In this document: piece by piece, positions 28,038-36,775 of the stretch
Layout: the number at the start of each line of letters is the position of its first letter
Position numbering within the stretch: position 1 is the stretch's first letter
From: Candidatus Geohabitans tengchongensis
GTDB taxonomy: Bacteria; Sysuimicrobiota; Sysuimicrobiia; Sysuimicrobiales; Humicultoraceae
Direction: 5' to 3'
Assembly (NCBI GenBank): GCA_031459625.1
Contig: JAVKIH010000006.1
Location: 1 to 64,000, forward strand
Length of the DNA: 64,000 bases
Program-made: the position numbers and the translations under genes
The notes under the pieces: generated by a model
Told to the model about the DNA's origin: nothing
Seen by the model: the letters and a program-made list of their open reading frames with translations, nothing else
Database searches by the model: none

Positions 28038-29221
28038 GCACGGTGGTGGCTAGGCGGCAAGGCCTCACCGGCAACGACGCCGTGGCGCTGGCCTGGCGCC
28101 AGATCAACCCCGACGTGGTGGCGGCCTACCCCATCACGCCGTCGACCCAGGTGGTGGAGCGCTTCGCCCGCTACCTCGCCGACGGCGAGGCCACGACCGA
28201 ATTCGTGCCGACCGAGTCGGAGCACTCGGCCATCTCCGCCTGCGTGGGCGCCAGCGCCGCCGGTGCTCGCGTCATGACCGCCACCTCCTCCCAGGGGCTG
28301 GCGCTGATGCACGAGGTCCTCTACATCGCCAGCGGCCTGCGGCTGCCCATCGTGATGGCCGTGGCCACCCGGGCCCTCTCAGCCCCGCTCAACATCCACG
28401 GCGACCACTCCGACGTGATGGGCTCCCGGGACGCCGGGTGGGTCCAGCTCTACGCCGGCACCGTCCAGGAGGCCTACGACCTCTCCATCCTGGCCGTGCG
28501 GGTGGCGGAGCGCGCCCGGGTGCCGGTGATGGTTTGTCTCGACGGGTTCACCCTCAGTCACAGCCTCGAACCGGTCCTGGTCTACGCCGATGACGCGGTC
28601 CGGGCCTTCGTGGGGGAGGCGCGCACCAGCGGCTACCGCCTGCTGGACGGGGAGGGCGCCGGGCCCCTCACGGTGGGCCCCCTGGCCCTGCCGGACGCCT
28701 ACATGGACTTCCGCCGCGCCCTGGCCAACGCCATGGGCCGGGCCCTGGAGGTCATCGCGGGCGAGACGGCCGCCTTCAATGCCCACTTCGGCCGTGACCT
28801 GCCGGTCCACCTGGAGGCCAGCGGGCTGGAGGAGGCCGACGGCGCCCTGCTCCTGTTGGGGAGTACCGCCGACGTGGTGCGCGAGGCCCTGGCGGGCCGC
28901 TCCAGTGCCTCCGGCAGGATCGGGGTCGTGCGGCTGCTGACCTTCCGGCCGTTCCCCGCCGAGGCCGTGCGGCAGGCGCTCTCCCACGTCGCGCGCGTCG
29001 TCGTGATGGACCGGGCGGACTCGCTCAGTACCCTGGGCGGACCCCTGGGCATCGAGGTGCGGGCGGCCCTGTACGGTCAGGCCTTTCCCCCCGCGGTCAC
29101 CGACGTGATCTACGGTCTGGGCGGCCGGGAGCTGCGCGCCCGGGACCTGGAGCGCCTCCGGGCGCTCTTCCAGGAGGAGCCGGTTCCGGGCCCCGTCTAC
29201 CTGGGCGTGGAGGACGGCTGA
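28034..29221 (+). CDS. porA: Pyruvate:ferredoxin oxidoreductase-type alpha subunit
   Basis: AYPITPST, ESEHSA, TATSSQGL, NIHGDHSD, GLGGR. Confidence 0.93.
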   Translation: MSTVVARRQGLTGNDAVALAWRQINPDVVAAYPITPSTQVVERFARYLADGEATTEFVPTESEHSAISACVGASAAGARVMTATSSQGLALMHEVLYIASGLRLPIVMAVATRALSAPLNIHGDHSDVMGSRDAGWVQLYAGTVQEAYDLSILAVRVAERARVPVMVCLDGFTLSHSLEPVLVYADDAVRAFVGEARTSGYRLLDGEGAGPLTVGPLALPDAYMDFRRALANAMGRALEVIAGETAAFNAHFGRDLPVHLEASGLEEADGALLLLGSTADVVREALAGRSSASGRIGVVRLLTFRPFPAEAVRQALSHVARVVVMDRADSLSTLGGPLGIEVRAALYGQAFPPAVTDVIYGLGGRELRARDLERLRALFQEEPVPGPVYLGVEDG

Positions 29222-30135
29222 TGTCGCTCAACCTGCGGGAGCTCTCCAAACGGTCGCAGGGCCTCGCCCCGGGCCACCGCGCCTGTGCCGGGTGCGGCAT
29301 CCCCGTGCTCGTCCGGTTGTTGCTGGCCGTGGCACCGGATCCGCCCGTCGTGGTGAACGCCACGGGGTGTCTCGAGGTCGTCTCGACCATCTACCCGTAC
29401 TCGGCCTGGCCTGTCCCCTGGCTGCACAACGCGTTCGAGAACGCCGCGGCCACCGCCTCGGGCGTGGAGGCGGCGGCCAGGGCGCTGTTCGCGCGCGGGC
29501 GGATCCGCCGGGTCCCGAAGGTCGTGGCCATCGGCGGCGACGGCGGCACCTACGACATCGGGTTGCAGAGCCTGAGCGGGGCCATCGAGCGCGGCCACGA
29601 CTTCCTCTACATCTGCTACAACAACGAGGGGTACATGAACACGGGCATCCAGCGGTCCAGCGCAACACCGCCGGGTGCCCGCACCACCACCACCCCGGTG
29701 GGCGCGCACGGTCGGGGGAAGCTGGAGCCCCGCAAGGACCTGACGGAGATCGTGGTGGCCCACGGCGTCCGCTACGCCGCGCAGGCCAGCATCAGCCACT
29801 GGGGCGACCTGGCGAAGAAGCTGCAGAAGGCCCTGGCCACGCCGGGCCCCACGTTCCTGAACGTGCTGACGCCGTGCCAGCCGGGCTGGGACTACCCGCC
29901 CGAGGACCTCGTGGAGATCGCCCGGCTGGCCGTCGAGACGCGCTACTGGCCGCTCTACGAAGTGGCGGACGGCCGCTACCGCCTCACCTTCACGCCCCGA
30001 CCGCCGCTGCCGGTCCGGGCCTGGCTGGAGCGCCAGGGCCGCTTCCGGCACCTCCTGGACGACCCCGAAGCGGTCGAGCGCTTCCAGGCCTGGGTGGACG
30101 CCAACTGGGACCGGCTGACGGCGAGGTTGAAGTAG
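29221..30135 (+). CDS. porB: Pyruvate:ferredoxin oxidoreductase-type beta subunit (TPP-binding)
   Basis: GHRACAGCG, ATGCLEV, GGDGGTYDIG...YNNEGYMNTGIQRS. Confidence 0.94.
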   Translation: MSLNLRELSKRSQGLAPGHRACAGCGIPVLVRLLLAVAPDPPVVVNATGCLEVVSTIYPYSAWPVPWLHNAFENAAATASGVEAAARALFARGRIRRVPKVVAIGGDGGTYDIGLQSLSGAIERGHDFLYICYNNEGYMNTGIQRSSATPPGARTTTTPVGAHGRGKLEPRKDLTEIVVAHGVRYAAQASISHWGDLAKKLQKALATPGPTFLNVLTPCQPGWDYPPEDLVEIARLAVETRYWPLYEVADGRYRLTFTPRPPLPVRAWLERQGRFRHLLDDPEAVERFQAWVDANWDRLTARLK

Positions 30136-30228
30136 CGGGCAGAGCAGGCGCAGGCCCGACCAGACGGGGACCGCGCCGGGCAGGCCCGGCAGGTGTGCAC
30201 CCCCCCCGCCACCGCCGCGACGGCCCGA

Positions 30229-30480
30229 TCAGAAGCGCAGCCAGCCCGGACCGGCCAGGAGGGTGACGAGGCCGGGGATGGTCCACAGCACCGCCTTCAC
30301 GGCCTCCACCGGGCGCCGGTCGCGCCATTCGCGCACCGCCCGGACCGCCGGCGCCAGCGTCGCGCCCACCACCAGCCAAGGGCCCGCCGCGCCCAGCCAA
30401 CCGACGGCGGTGGGGGTCCAGCGGCGGGAAAGCTCGAGCGCCGCCATGAGCAGCCAGAACATCGCCAGCCCTGCGCGCAT
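30229..30480 (-). CDS. Small hypothetical membrane protein
   Basis: 83-aa hydrophobic ORF filling the gap between porB and the MEMO1-family gene. Confidence 0.55.
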   Translation of the reverse strand: MRAGLAMFWLLMAALELSRRWTPTAVGWLGAAGPWLVVGATLAPAVRAVREWRDRRPVEAVKAVLWTIPGLVTLLAGPGWLRF

Positions 30481-30546
30481 GCTCCGCCCCCATCCTAGCC
30501 CGTGAGCCGCTTTCCCCGCATGGCATCATGGAAGGGGTGACGGCCT

Positions 30547-31725
30547 ATGCCCCTGCCGAAGCTCCGGCCGCTCGACGCCTACCCCGTGCGCGTCGACGGG
30601 CGTGACCTCGTCTGCCTGCGCGACCTGGAGGGGATCGTCCCCGATCCCGTCCTGCTGCCCCCGCGCACCTTTCTCATCGCCTCGTTGCTCGACGGGGCCT
30701 CCGACGCGGTGGACGTGCAGGCGGAATACGCCCGCCGCACGGGCGGGGAGCTGCTCTTCTCCTGGGACCTGCAGCGGGTCATCGACGAGCTGGACCGGCA
30801 CGGGCTCCTGCTCACGGAGCGCTTCGCGGAGCGACGCCGGGCCGTGATCGAGGCGTACAACGCCGCTCCCGAGCGGCCGCCCTTCCACGCCGGCAAGTCC
30901 TACCCCGCGGACCCGCGTGCGCTGGTGGAGGAGCTGGACTGCCACCTGGGCGCGGTGGTCCCCGCGGAACTGGCCGGGGTGCGACCGCGCGGGGTCGTCG
31001 CGCCGCACATCGACCTGCCCCGCGGCGGGTGGTGCTATGCCTGGGCGCACCGGGCGCTGGCCCAGGATCCCCCGGAGACGGTCGTCGTCCTGGGAGTGGC
31101 CCATGGCGGCGCACCGGTGCCCTTCGTCCTGACGGCCAAGCCCTACGCCACGCCGCTGGGCCCCGTGCGGGTGGACGAGGCCGCCGTGGCCTTCCTCAGC
31201 GATCGCCTCGACGGCCTCCTCCACTATGAGGAGGCCCACCGGGCCGAGCACTCCATCGAGTTTCAGGCGCTCTTCCTGCGGCACCTGTACGGCGAGGCCG
31301 TAGGGATCGTCCCGCTCCTCTGTGCGCTCCCCGGCGCGGCGGCACGTCCTCCCGACGAGACGGACGGGCTGGTGGAGGCCCTGCGCGCCTACCGGGGCGG
31401 CGGCCGGAAGGTGGCGCTGCTGGCCAGCGTGGACTTCAGCCACGTGGGACCCCGCTTCGGGGACGGCGAGCCGGTGGACGCGGCGCTGGCCGCGCGAACG
31501 TCGGTACGGGACCGGGAGGTGCTGGAGCGGGTCCTGGCCGGGGACGCGGAGGGGTTCTGGCAGGCGGTGATGGAGGACGGCAACCGGCAGCGGATCGACG
31601 CGGCTCTGCCGGTCTACGTGCTCCTGCGGGTCCTGGCGCCGACGCGCGGACGGCTGCTCAGGTACGGCCAGGCTCCCGACCCGGCCGGAGGGCTGGTCTC
31701 CTTCGCCAGCATCGTGCTGGAGTGA
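30547..31725 (+). CDS. MEMO1-family protein (AmmeMemoRadiSam protein B) with N-terminal extension
   Basis: HAGKSYP, APHID, LGVAH, EHSIEFQ, SVDFSHVG. Confidence 0.88.
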   Translation: MPLPKLRPLDAYPVRVDGRDLVCLRDLEGIVPDPVLLPPRTFLIASLLDGASDAVDVQAEYARRTGGELLFSWDLQRVIDELDRHGLLLTERFAERRRAVIEAYNAAPERPPFHAGKSYPADPRALVEELDCHLGAVVPAELAGVRPRGVVAPHIDLPRGGWCYAWAHRALAQDPPETVVVLGVAHGGAPVPFVLTAKPYATPLGPVRVDEAAVAFLSDRLDGLLHYEEAHRAEHSIEFQALFLRHLYGEAVGIVPLLCALPGAAARPPDETDGLVEALRAYRGGGRKVALLASVDFSHVGPRFGDGEPVDAALAARTSVRDREVLERVLAGDAEGFWQAVMEDGNRQRIDAALPVYVLLRVLAPTRGRLLRYGQAPDPAGGLVSFASIVLE

Positions 31726-31743
31726 CGCCCTGCCCAGGGGATG

Positions 31744-32166
31744 TCAGCCGACTGTGGGAGGCGTGCGGTCCTGTGGGTGGTGGAGGGGGAGCGTCCGCAG
31801 CGGGCAGAAGTGGGTGAGCCACATCTTCTGCTCCCGGGCCCAGTTCGCCCAGGCGGTCTCGCCGAGGTGGGCCCGGCGGGCGGCCGACTCGATGCGCAGG
31901 TCGCCTCCCCCGGTCTGCGCGGCTAGCTGGACCAGGAGGAGGCAGGGGAAGTCGGGGCAGGTGCCGCAGTGGGCCACCTGCCGCTCGCGGGCGCAGGCGT
32001 ACACCGGGCACACCTTCCCCAGGTCGACCTGGCCCTGCGTGCCGCAGGTCACCTCCAGGGTCTCGTACCAGGCGCTTCCTTCCCAGTAGAGGCCGCAAAC
32101 CCCCGCGAAATCCGCCGGGGTTCCCTTCCGCGGCGGCGTCGGCACCACCGGAGCCTGCCTGTTCAC
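31744..32166 (-). CDS. Cys-rich DUF3795-like protein
   Basis: CGLY...CPVYACA...HCGTCPDFPC. Confidence 0.7.
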   Translation of the reverse strand: MNRQAPVVPTPPRKGTPADFAGVCGLYWEGSAWYETLEVTCGTQGQVDLGKVCPVYACARERQVAHCGTCPDFPCLLLVQLAAQTGGGDLRIESAARRAHLGETAWANWAREQKMWLTHFCPLRTLPLHHPQDRTPPTVG

Positions 32167-32187
32167 CGTCGGACCCTCTCACCGGAT

Positions 32188-32402
32188 ACCGTGGCACAGG
32201 TGACCGGGCCTGGCTATCGGGCCGACAGAGTATTCCGCAGGCCCAGGAGCTTGCCGGCCAGTGAGAGGGGGCGGCGCACCCGCCCCATCGGCCACCCGGC
32301 CGGCTCCCGTCGGTCTCCCGCCGGATCAGGGCGCTCGGGCAGGCAGTCCGGCGAAATCAGGTCCGGGTCCGATGAACAGCGCTGTCGGCTTGCGGCTACG
32401 GT
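32188..32402. promoter_or_regulatory. Divergent promoters with 18-bp boxes at 32216 and 32356
   Basis: TGc-CACGGT (minus) 22 nt from box 32216; TACGGT (plus) 23 nt from box 32356. Confidence 0.55.
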
Positions 32403-32415
32403 GAGGTGGGGCTCA

Positions 32416-32446
32416 TTGAATTATACCCTAGGGGGTATGGTATAAT
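32416..32446 (+). promoter_or_regulatory. Extended -10 promoter (TGgTATAAT) with CsoR/CstR-type operator ATACCCTAGGGGGTAT (32423-32438)
   Basis: C/G-tract inverted repeat typical of CsoR-family operators; repressor gene about 2 kb downstream. Confidence 0.8.
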
Positions 32447-32488
32447 GGCGCCGAAAGCGAAAGGGACTCCGTGGGGAGGTGAGGGGTC

Positions 32489-32959
32489 ATGGCGCTGGTG
32501 AAGAGCCGAAAGGCAGGTCGATGGTGGGATCCCTGGCGGGAGATCGACCAGCTGCGCCGGGAGCTGGACCGGCTCTGGGGGATGGACCGGTGGTTCGACC
32601 GGACACCGGGGCGCGGCGACGAGACCGGGCTCCTGCCCGCCGTGGACCTCTACGACGCAGGGGACCAGCTCGTGGCCAAGGTAGACCTGCCCGGCGTGGC
32701 GCCCGGGGATGTGGAGGTGACGGTGGAGCAGGGCCGGCTGCTCACCGTCCGGGCGGCCCGCCCGGTCGAGGAGGTCAAGGAGGACGCCTACCTGTGGTGC
32801 GAGCGGCCCGCCGGGCGGTTCGTCCGGACCATCGAGCTGCCCGTGGACGTGGACGTCGAGCAGGTGAAGGCCACGCTGGCCAACGGCGTCCTGCAGGTAG
32901 TGCTGCCCAAGAGCACGACGGCGGCCCCCAGGCGGGTGGCCGTCACAGTGGAGCGGTAG
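32489..32959 (+). CDS. Hsp20 family protein
   Basis: PAVDLY, DLPGV, ERPAGRFVRTIELP, NGVLQVVLPK. Confidence 0.93.
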   Translation: MALVKSRKAGRWWDPWREIDQLRRELDRLWGMDRWFDRTPGRGDETGLLPAVDLYDAGDQLVAKVDLPGVAPGDVEVTVEQGRLLTVRAARPVEEVKEDAYLWCERPAGRFVRTIELPVDVDVEQVKATLANGVLQVVLPKSTTAAPRRVAVTVER

Positions 32960-32971
32960 GAGGCGAGGCCC

Positions 32972-33181
32972 ATGCGTGGGTGCGTCGGGAGGACAGATCG
33001 CATCATCCGTGTGCTCCTCGGACTGGTGGCGCTGGGGGTCGGGCTGCGGGTAGCCGGGCCCTGGAGCGCCCTCTTCTACGCGCTGGCGCTCGTCGGGCTG
33101 GTCACCGGGGTCGCGGGGCGGTGCCCGCTGTACGCCCTCCTGGGCCTCCAGACCTGCTCGGCGTCACCGCGGAAGTCGTAA
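32972..33181 (+). CDS. DUF2892 (YgaP-like) membrane protein
   Basis: VGRTDRIIR...GRCPLYALLGLQTC. Confidence 0.88.
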   Translation: MRGCVGRTDRIIRVLLGLVALGVGLRVAGPWSALFYALALVGLVTGVAGRCPLYALLGLQTCSASPRKS

Positions 33182-33246
33182 TCCGCAGGGCGGGGGGGCG
33201 GCCGGCGGTGCCCGCCGTCCCCCGGACACCCGCTGGGAGGACGGCG

Positions 33247-33717
33247 ATGGCTCAGGTGCGCGTGGAGACTGAGGACCGCCTGCAGGCGCAGGTGCGCCTG
33301 GCTCAGGAAGACCGGTACCGGTTCAGCGTGGCCATGGACCACCCGGCCTGGCGGCTCACCGTGGACGAAGCCCCACCCCTCGGTACCGGGGCCGGCCCCA
33401 ACCCGGCTCGCCCTGTGGCGACGGCCGTAGGTCACTGCCTGGCCAGTAGCCTCCAGCACTGCCTGGAGCGGGCCCGGGTCGAGGGAGCCCGGCTGGCCGT
33501 TACGGTCGATGTCGACATCCGCCGGAACGCGCGGGGGCGGTGGCGGATTGGCCGCATCCTGGCGGGGCTGGACATCAGCGGGGTATCCCCCGCGCAGCGG
33601 GCAGCGGTGGAGCGCTGCCGCCATCTATTCGAAGAGTTCTGCATCGTGACGGCGAGCGTCCGCCAGGGGATTCCGGTGGACGTGGCCGTCCGGGTGGATG
33701 GCGTCGAGATGGCATGA
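33247..33717 (+). CDS. OsmC family protein
   Basis: DEAPPLGTGAGPNP, GHCLASS, FCIVTASVRQG. Confidence 0.87.
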   Translation: MAQVRVETEDRLQAQVRLAQEDRYRFSVAMDHPAWRLTVDEAPPLGTGAGPNPARPVATAVGHCLASSLQHCLERARVEGARLAVTVDVDIRRNARGRWRIGRILAGLDISGVSPAQRAAVERCRHLFEEFCIVTASVRQGIPVDVAVRVDGVEMA

Positions 33718-34133
33718 TCTCCACGGTCCTGCTCGCCACCGACGGATCGGTCCACGCCCGGCGGGCGACCCGGTTGGCCGCCGATGTGGCCCGACGGTAC
33801 GATGCCCGCGTCGTCGTGCTGACGGCCTTCGAGCCTGTGCCGCACGACCTGGGGTCTCCCTACCTCGAGGACCTCATGGCGAAGCGCACGGCGGCGGCCG
33901 AGGCGGTGGCCCGCGAGGCGGCGGGAATCCTGGAGGAGGCCGGGGTGGCCCACGAGGTGGAGGTCCTGGAGGGGCCCCCGGTCGACGCCATCCTCCGAGT
34001 CGCCCATGCCCGCGGGTGCGACCTCATCGTCATGGGCTCGCGGGGACTCGGCCCGCTGCGGGCCGCCCTCCTAGGGTCCGTGAGCCAGCGGGTGGCGGCG
34101 GAGGCTCCCTGCCCGGTCCTCATCGTGCGCTGA
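33714..34133 (+). CDS. Universal stress protein
   Basis: VLLATDGS, DLIVMGSRG...LLGSVS...CPVLIV. Confidence 0.95.
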   Translation: MISTVLLATDGSVHARRATRLAADVARRYDARVVVLTAFEPVPHDLGSPYLEDLMAKRTAAAEAVAREAAGILEEAGVAHEVEVLEGPPVDAILRVAHARGCDLIVMGSRGLGPLRAALLGSVSQRVAAEAPCPVLIVR

Positions 34134-34212
34134 CCCGAATGCCCGCGGACGGGAGCCCGGGCGGCCGAGCGGGCGCCCCGCGGAGGGCCGGACACCGCCC
34201 CACGTGACGGTG

Positions 34213-34497
34213 CTACCGAAGCATGAGGAAGGTGCGCTGCAGCTTGCGCAGGGCGCTCTGAGCCTGGGGCTTGCCCTCCACCTCCATGCGGAGGCACTGC
34301 TCCAGTCCGGCCGCGATCAGGTCGATGGCCACCCGGTCCAGAGCGGCCCGGGTGGCTGCCACCTGCTGGGCGATCTCCGTGCAGTCCCGCCCTTCCTGGA
34401 GCATCCGCTGCAAGCCGCGGATCTGGCCTTCGATGCGGCGCAGGCGCGCCGCCACAGGCGCAGTGACCTCTTCGCCAAGCCGCAGGGGCGCCGCCAT
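34213..34497 (-). CDS. CsoR/RcnR/CstR-family transcriptional repressor
   Basis: RLRRIEGQIRGLQRM...DC...QQVAA...LEQCL; GGAGG RBS. Confidence 0.92.
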   Translation of the reverse strand: MAAPLRLGEEVTAPVAARLRRIEGQIRGLQRMLQEGRDCTEIAQQVAATRAALDRVAIDLIAAGLEQCLRMEVEGKPQAQSALRKLQRTFLMLR

Positions 34498-34583
34498 GAC
34501 CCCTCCTTCCATGGCTTTATACACTACCCGGTAAAGTACATTGCCACTCCGCCGGATCCGCGTCAACGACGCGGGCACCGCGA

Positions 34584-35342
34584 CTACTGCAGGACGTTCT
34601 GCAGCAGCATCATCACCAGGAAGCCGCCGATGACCGCCGCCGCCGCATTCCCCCGGCCGCTGTGCTCGGCGGCCTCGGGGATCATCTCGTTGGCGACCAG
34701 GAACCCCATGGCGCCGGCGGCGAGGCCGAACCCCAGAGGGACGAGCGGCCGGAAGATGGCCACGGCCAGGGCGGCGGGAACCGCCAGCAGCGGCTGGGGG
34801 AGGCTGGTGAAGATCGACCACCCGACGCAGGCCCATCCCGAGAACCCCTCGGCCCGCAACGGCAGCGACACCGCCAGGCCCTCGGGGATGTTGTGGATGG
34901 CGATGGCGATGGTCAGCAGGACGGCCAGCGTCAGCACACCCGATCCGAACCCGACCCCGACGGCGATCCCTTCGGAGATGCTGTGCACGGTCATGCTCCC
35001 GATGAGGAGGACCACGCGGCGGGCCGGAGCGCCCCGCAGGTGGAAGAAGTTCAGGCCGTGGTGCCCCATCCGGCGGTCGGCCAGCCAGAAGGCGAAGGCC
35101 CCGAGGGCGATGCCCAGGGCCACCACGTTGTAGCCGGCCATCTGGACGCCGGCGAAGACCAGGTTGAAGACGGAGGCGGAGAGCATCATCCCGCCGCTGA
35201 ACCCCCAGGCCAGGCCCAGCAGCGCCTGCGGCAGACGGGTGACGAACAGGAAGGGGACGCCGCCGAGCCCGGTGGCCAGCGCCGTGGCCAGCGCTCCCCC
35301 GAAGGTGATCAGGGCCAGTCGGGCTGCCGAGGCTTCAGCCAC
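34584..35342 (-). CDS. ZIP family metal transporter (GufA-like)
   Basis: TVHSISEGIAVG, IHNIPEGLAV, EMIPE. Confidence 0.92.
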   Translation of the reverse strand: MAEASAARLALITFGGALATALATGLGGVPFLFVTRLPQALLGLAWGFSGGMMLSASVFNLVFAGVQMAGYNVVALGIALGAFAFWLADRRMGHHGLNFFHLRGAPARRVVLLIGSMTVHSISEGIAVGVGFGSGVLTLAVLLTIAIAIHNIPEGLAVSLPLRAEGFSGWACVGWSIFTSLPQPLLAVPAALAVAIFRPLVPLGFGLAAGAMGFLVANEMIPEAAEHSGRGNAAAAVIGGFLVMMLLQNVLQ

Positions 35343-36141
35343 CGGCCGAGGCCGCCCCGTCGGTCCAGCGCGCCGCTCCCAACCGCACGGGGATCCGCCG
35401 CAGCAGGGTCACTCGCCGGGGCGTGACCCGGCAGGCGTACGCGTAGAACCGGACGCCCCGGGCAGCGGCCCGTTGCGCGGCCCGGGCGAAGTCGGGGTCC
35501 GCCGCGGCGAAGGGACGCAGGGCTCGCGCGTCGCTCCGCTGGACGATCCAGACCACGGCGGCCCTCCCGCCGCGTTGCGCCACCCGGGCCAGGTCCTCCA
35601 GGTGGCGGGCCCCCCGGGCCGTGGGGGCATCGGGGAAGAGGGCCACGGCGCCGTCCACGCGGTTGCAGGACTTGGTCTCCACCAGACAGACGCCGTCGCG
35701 CCCCATGAGGAGGAAGTCCACCCGCCCGCGGCCGAGCGGAGCTTCCGGCCTCCAGCGGACGTAGTGCCGGAACGCAGGCAGGGTACCTGCGCGCATGGCG
35801 GCCTCGAAGAGACGGTTGGGCAGGCGCGCGTCCACGCCGACCCAGCGCCGCCGGTAGCGCACCAGGAGCAGAGTGCCGGCCGTGCGCCGGCGCGGGCGGC
35901 CGCGCTGCAGGAGCGCCAGACCGCGGGTCCCGGGGCGAAGCAGTTCGGTCATGCGCCCTGAGTTGGGCAGGTGGAGTCGCAGGACGGTCTTCCCGCCCTC
36001 GGGCCGGACCGCCACCGCGAAACGGTTCAGCCGACGGACCACCACCACGGGGACGAGCGGCCGGGGCAGCGGGACCCAGGGGTGTCCGGGCGGGCGTACC
36101 GACCGCAACTGGGTCCGGACCCAGTTGCGAACGGTACTCAT
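35335..36141 (-). CDS. sfsA: SfsA family nuclease (start uncertain)
   Basis: RLNRF, HLPNSGRM, VETKS, FPDAPTARG. Confidence 0.9.
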   Translation of the reverse strand: MSTVRNWVRTQLRSVRPPGHPWVPLPRPLVPVVVVRRLNRFAVAVRPEGGKTVLRLHLPNSGRMTELLRPGTRGLALLQRGRPRRRTAGTLLLVRYRRRWVGVDARLPNRLFEAAMRAGTLPAFRHYVRWRPEAPLGRGRVDFLLMGRDGVCLVETKSCNRVDGAVALFPDAPTARGARHLEDLARVAQRGGRAAVVWIVQRSDARALRPFAAADPDFARAAQRAAARGVRFYAYACRVTPRRVTLLRRIPVRLGAARWTDGAASAGG

Positions 36142-36204
36142 CCTCACCTGAAGGGCGCCCTTCCCGTCTCGACCGGCATCAGCCTCGCGCGCCACCCGGG
36201 ACCC

Positions 36205-36294
36205 TGGCGGAGGGGGTGGGATTTGAACCCACAAGGGCCGCGGGGCCCGGCGGTTTTCGAGACCGCTCCGTTACCGGGTTCCGGACACCCCTCC
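36205..36294 (-). tRNA. tRNA-Ser (CGA)
   Basis: GGAGGGG/CCCCTCC acceptor, GCCA end, anticodon arm GCGGT-CTCGAAA-ACCGC, long variable arm, GTTCAAATC T-loop; TGcTATACT upstream. Confidence 0.93.
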
Positions 36295-36358
36295 GCGATG
36301 CGCTGGAGTCAACGGTTTCAGTATAGCAGTCCCGCGCCATCGCCGCTCCGGCCGGCCC

Positions 36359-36649
36359 TCAGAGCCCCTCCACGATCTTCGTCATCTCCGGCTCGGTGTA
36401 GGCGCGGACGGTTTCGGTGCGCGCCGCGCCCTGGGAGCCGACCCACAGGGCGAAGCGGCTCGCCGTCTCGTCGTCGGGCGCCTCGAAAACCGCCACCGCG
36501 TCGAACCGCCCCATCGTCCAGACCAGTTCGCGGAAACGGATCCCCATCCGCTGGCCCTCCGTCCGCACCCGCTGGGCCCGCTGGATCGTCTCCCGGGCCG
36601 CGGCCGCCCCGCGCTCCGTCCAGGTGACGAGCTGCACGTAGGTGGGCAT
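36359..36649 (-). CDS. GYD domain protein
   Basis: MPTYVQLVTWTERG...WTMGRFD...EAPDDE...RTETVRAY. Confidence 0.87.
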   Translation of the reverse strand: MPTYVQLVTWTERGAAAARETIQRAQRVRTEGQRMGIRFRELVWTMGRFDAVAVFEAPDDETASRFALWVGSQGAARTETVRAYTEPEMTKIVEGL

Positions 36650-36775
36650 GAACGTGTCCCCCCTCTCACGGTGAGTTCTCGGTGTGGAGAGCGTTCGGGA
36701 GGGGGCGGGGCCGGGCCTGCTGGCCGTCGGCCGGCGCCCGCGCCTCCGGCAGGGCGCCGGTGCTACGATGCCGGC

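Noticed and set aside
36205..36294. tRNA as an integration site, or tRNA-Sec
   Set aside because: No duplicated 3' end or integrase seen in the window; anticodon is CGA with a 7-bp acceptor stem
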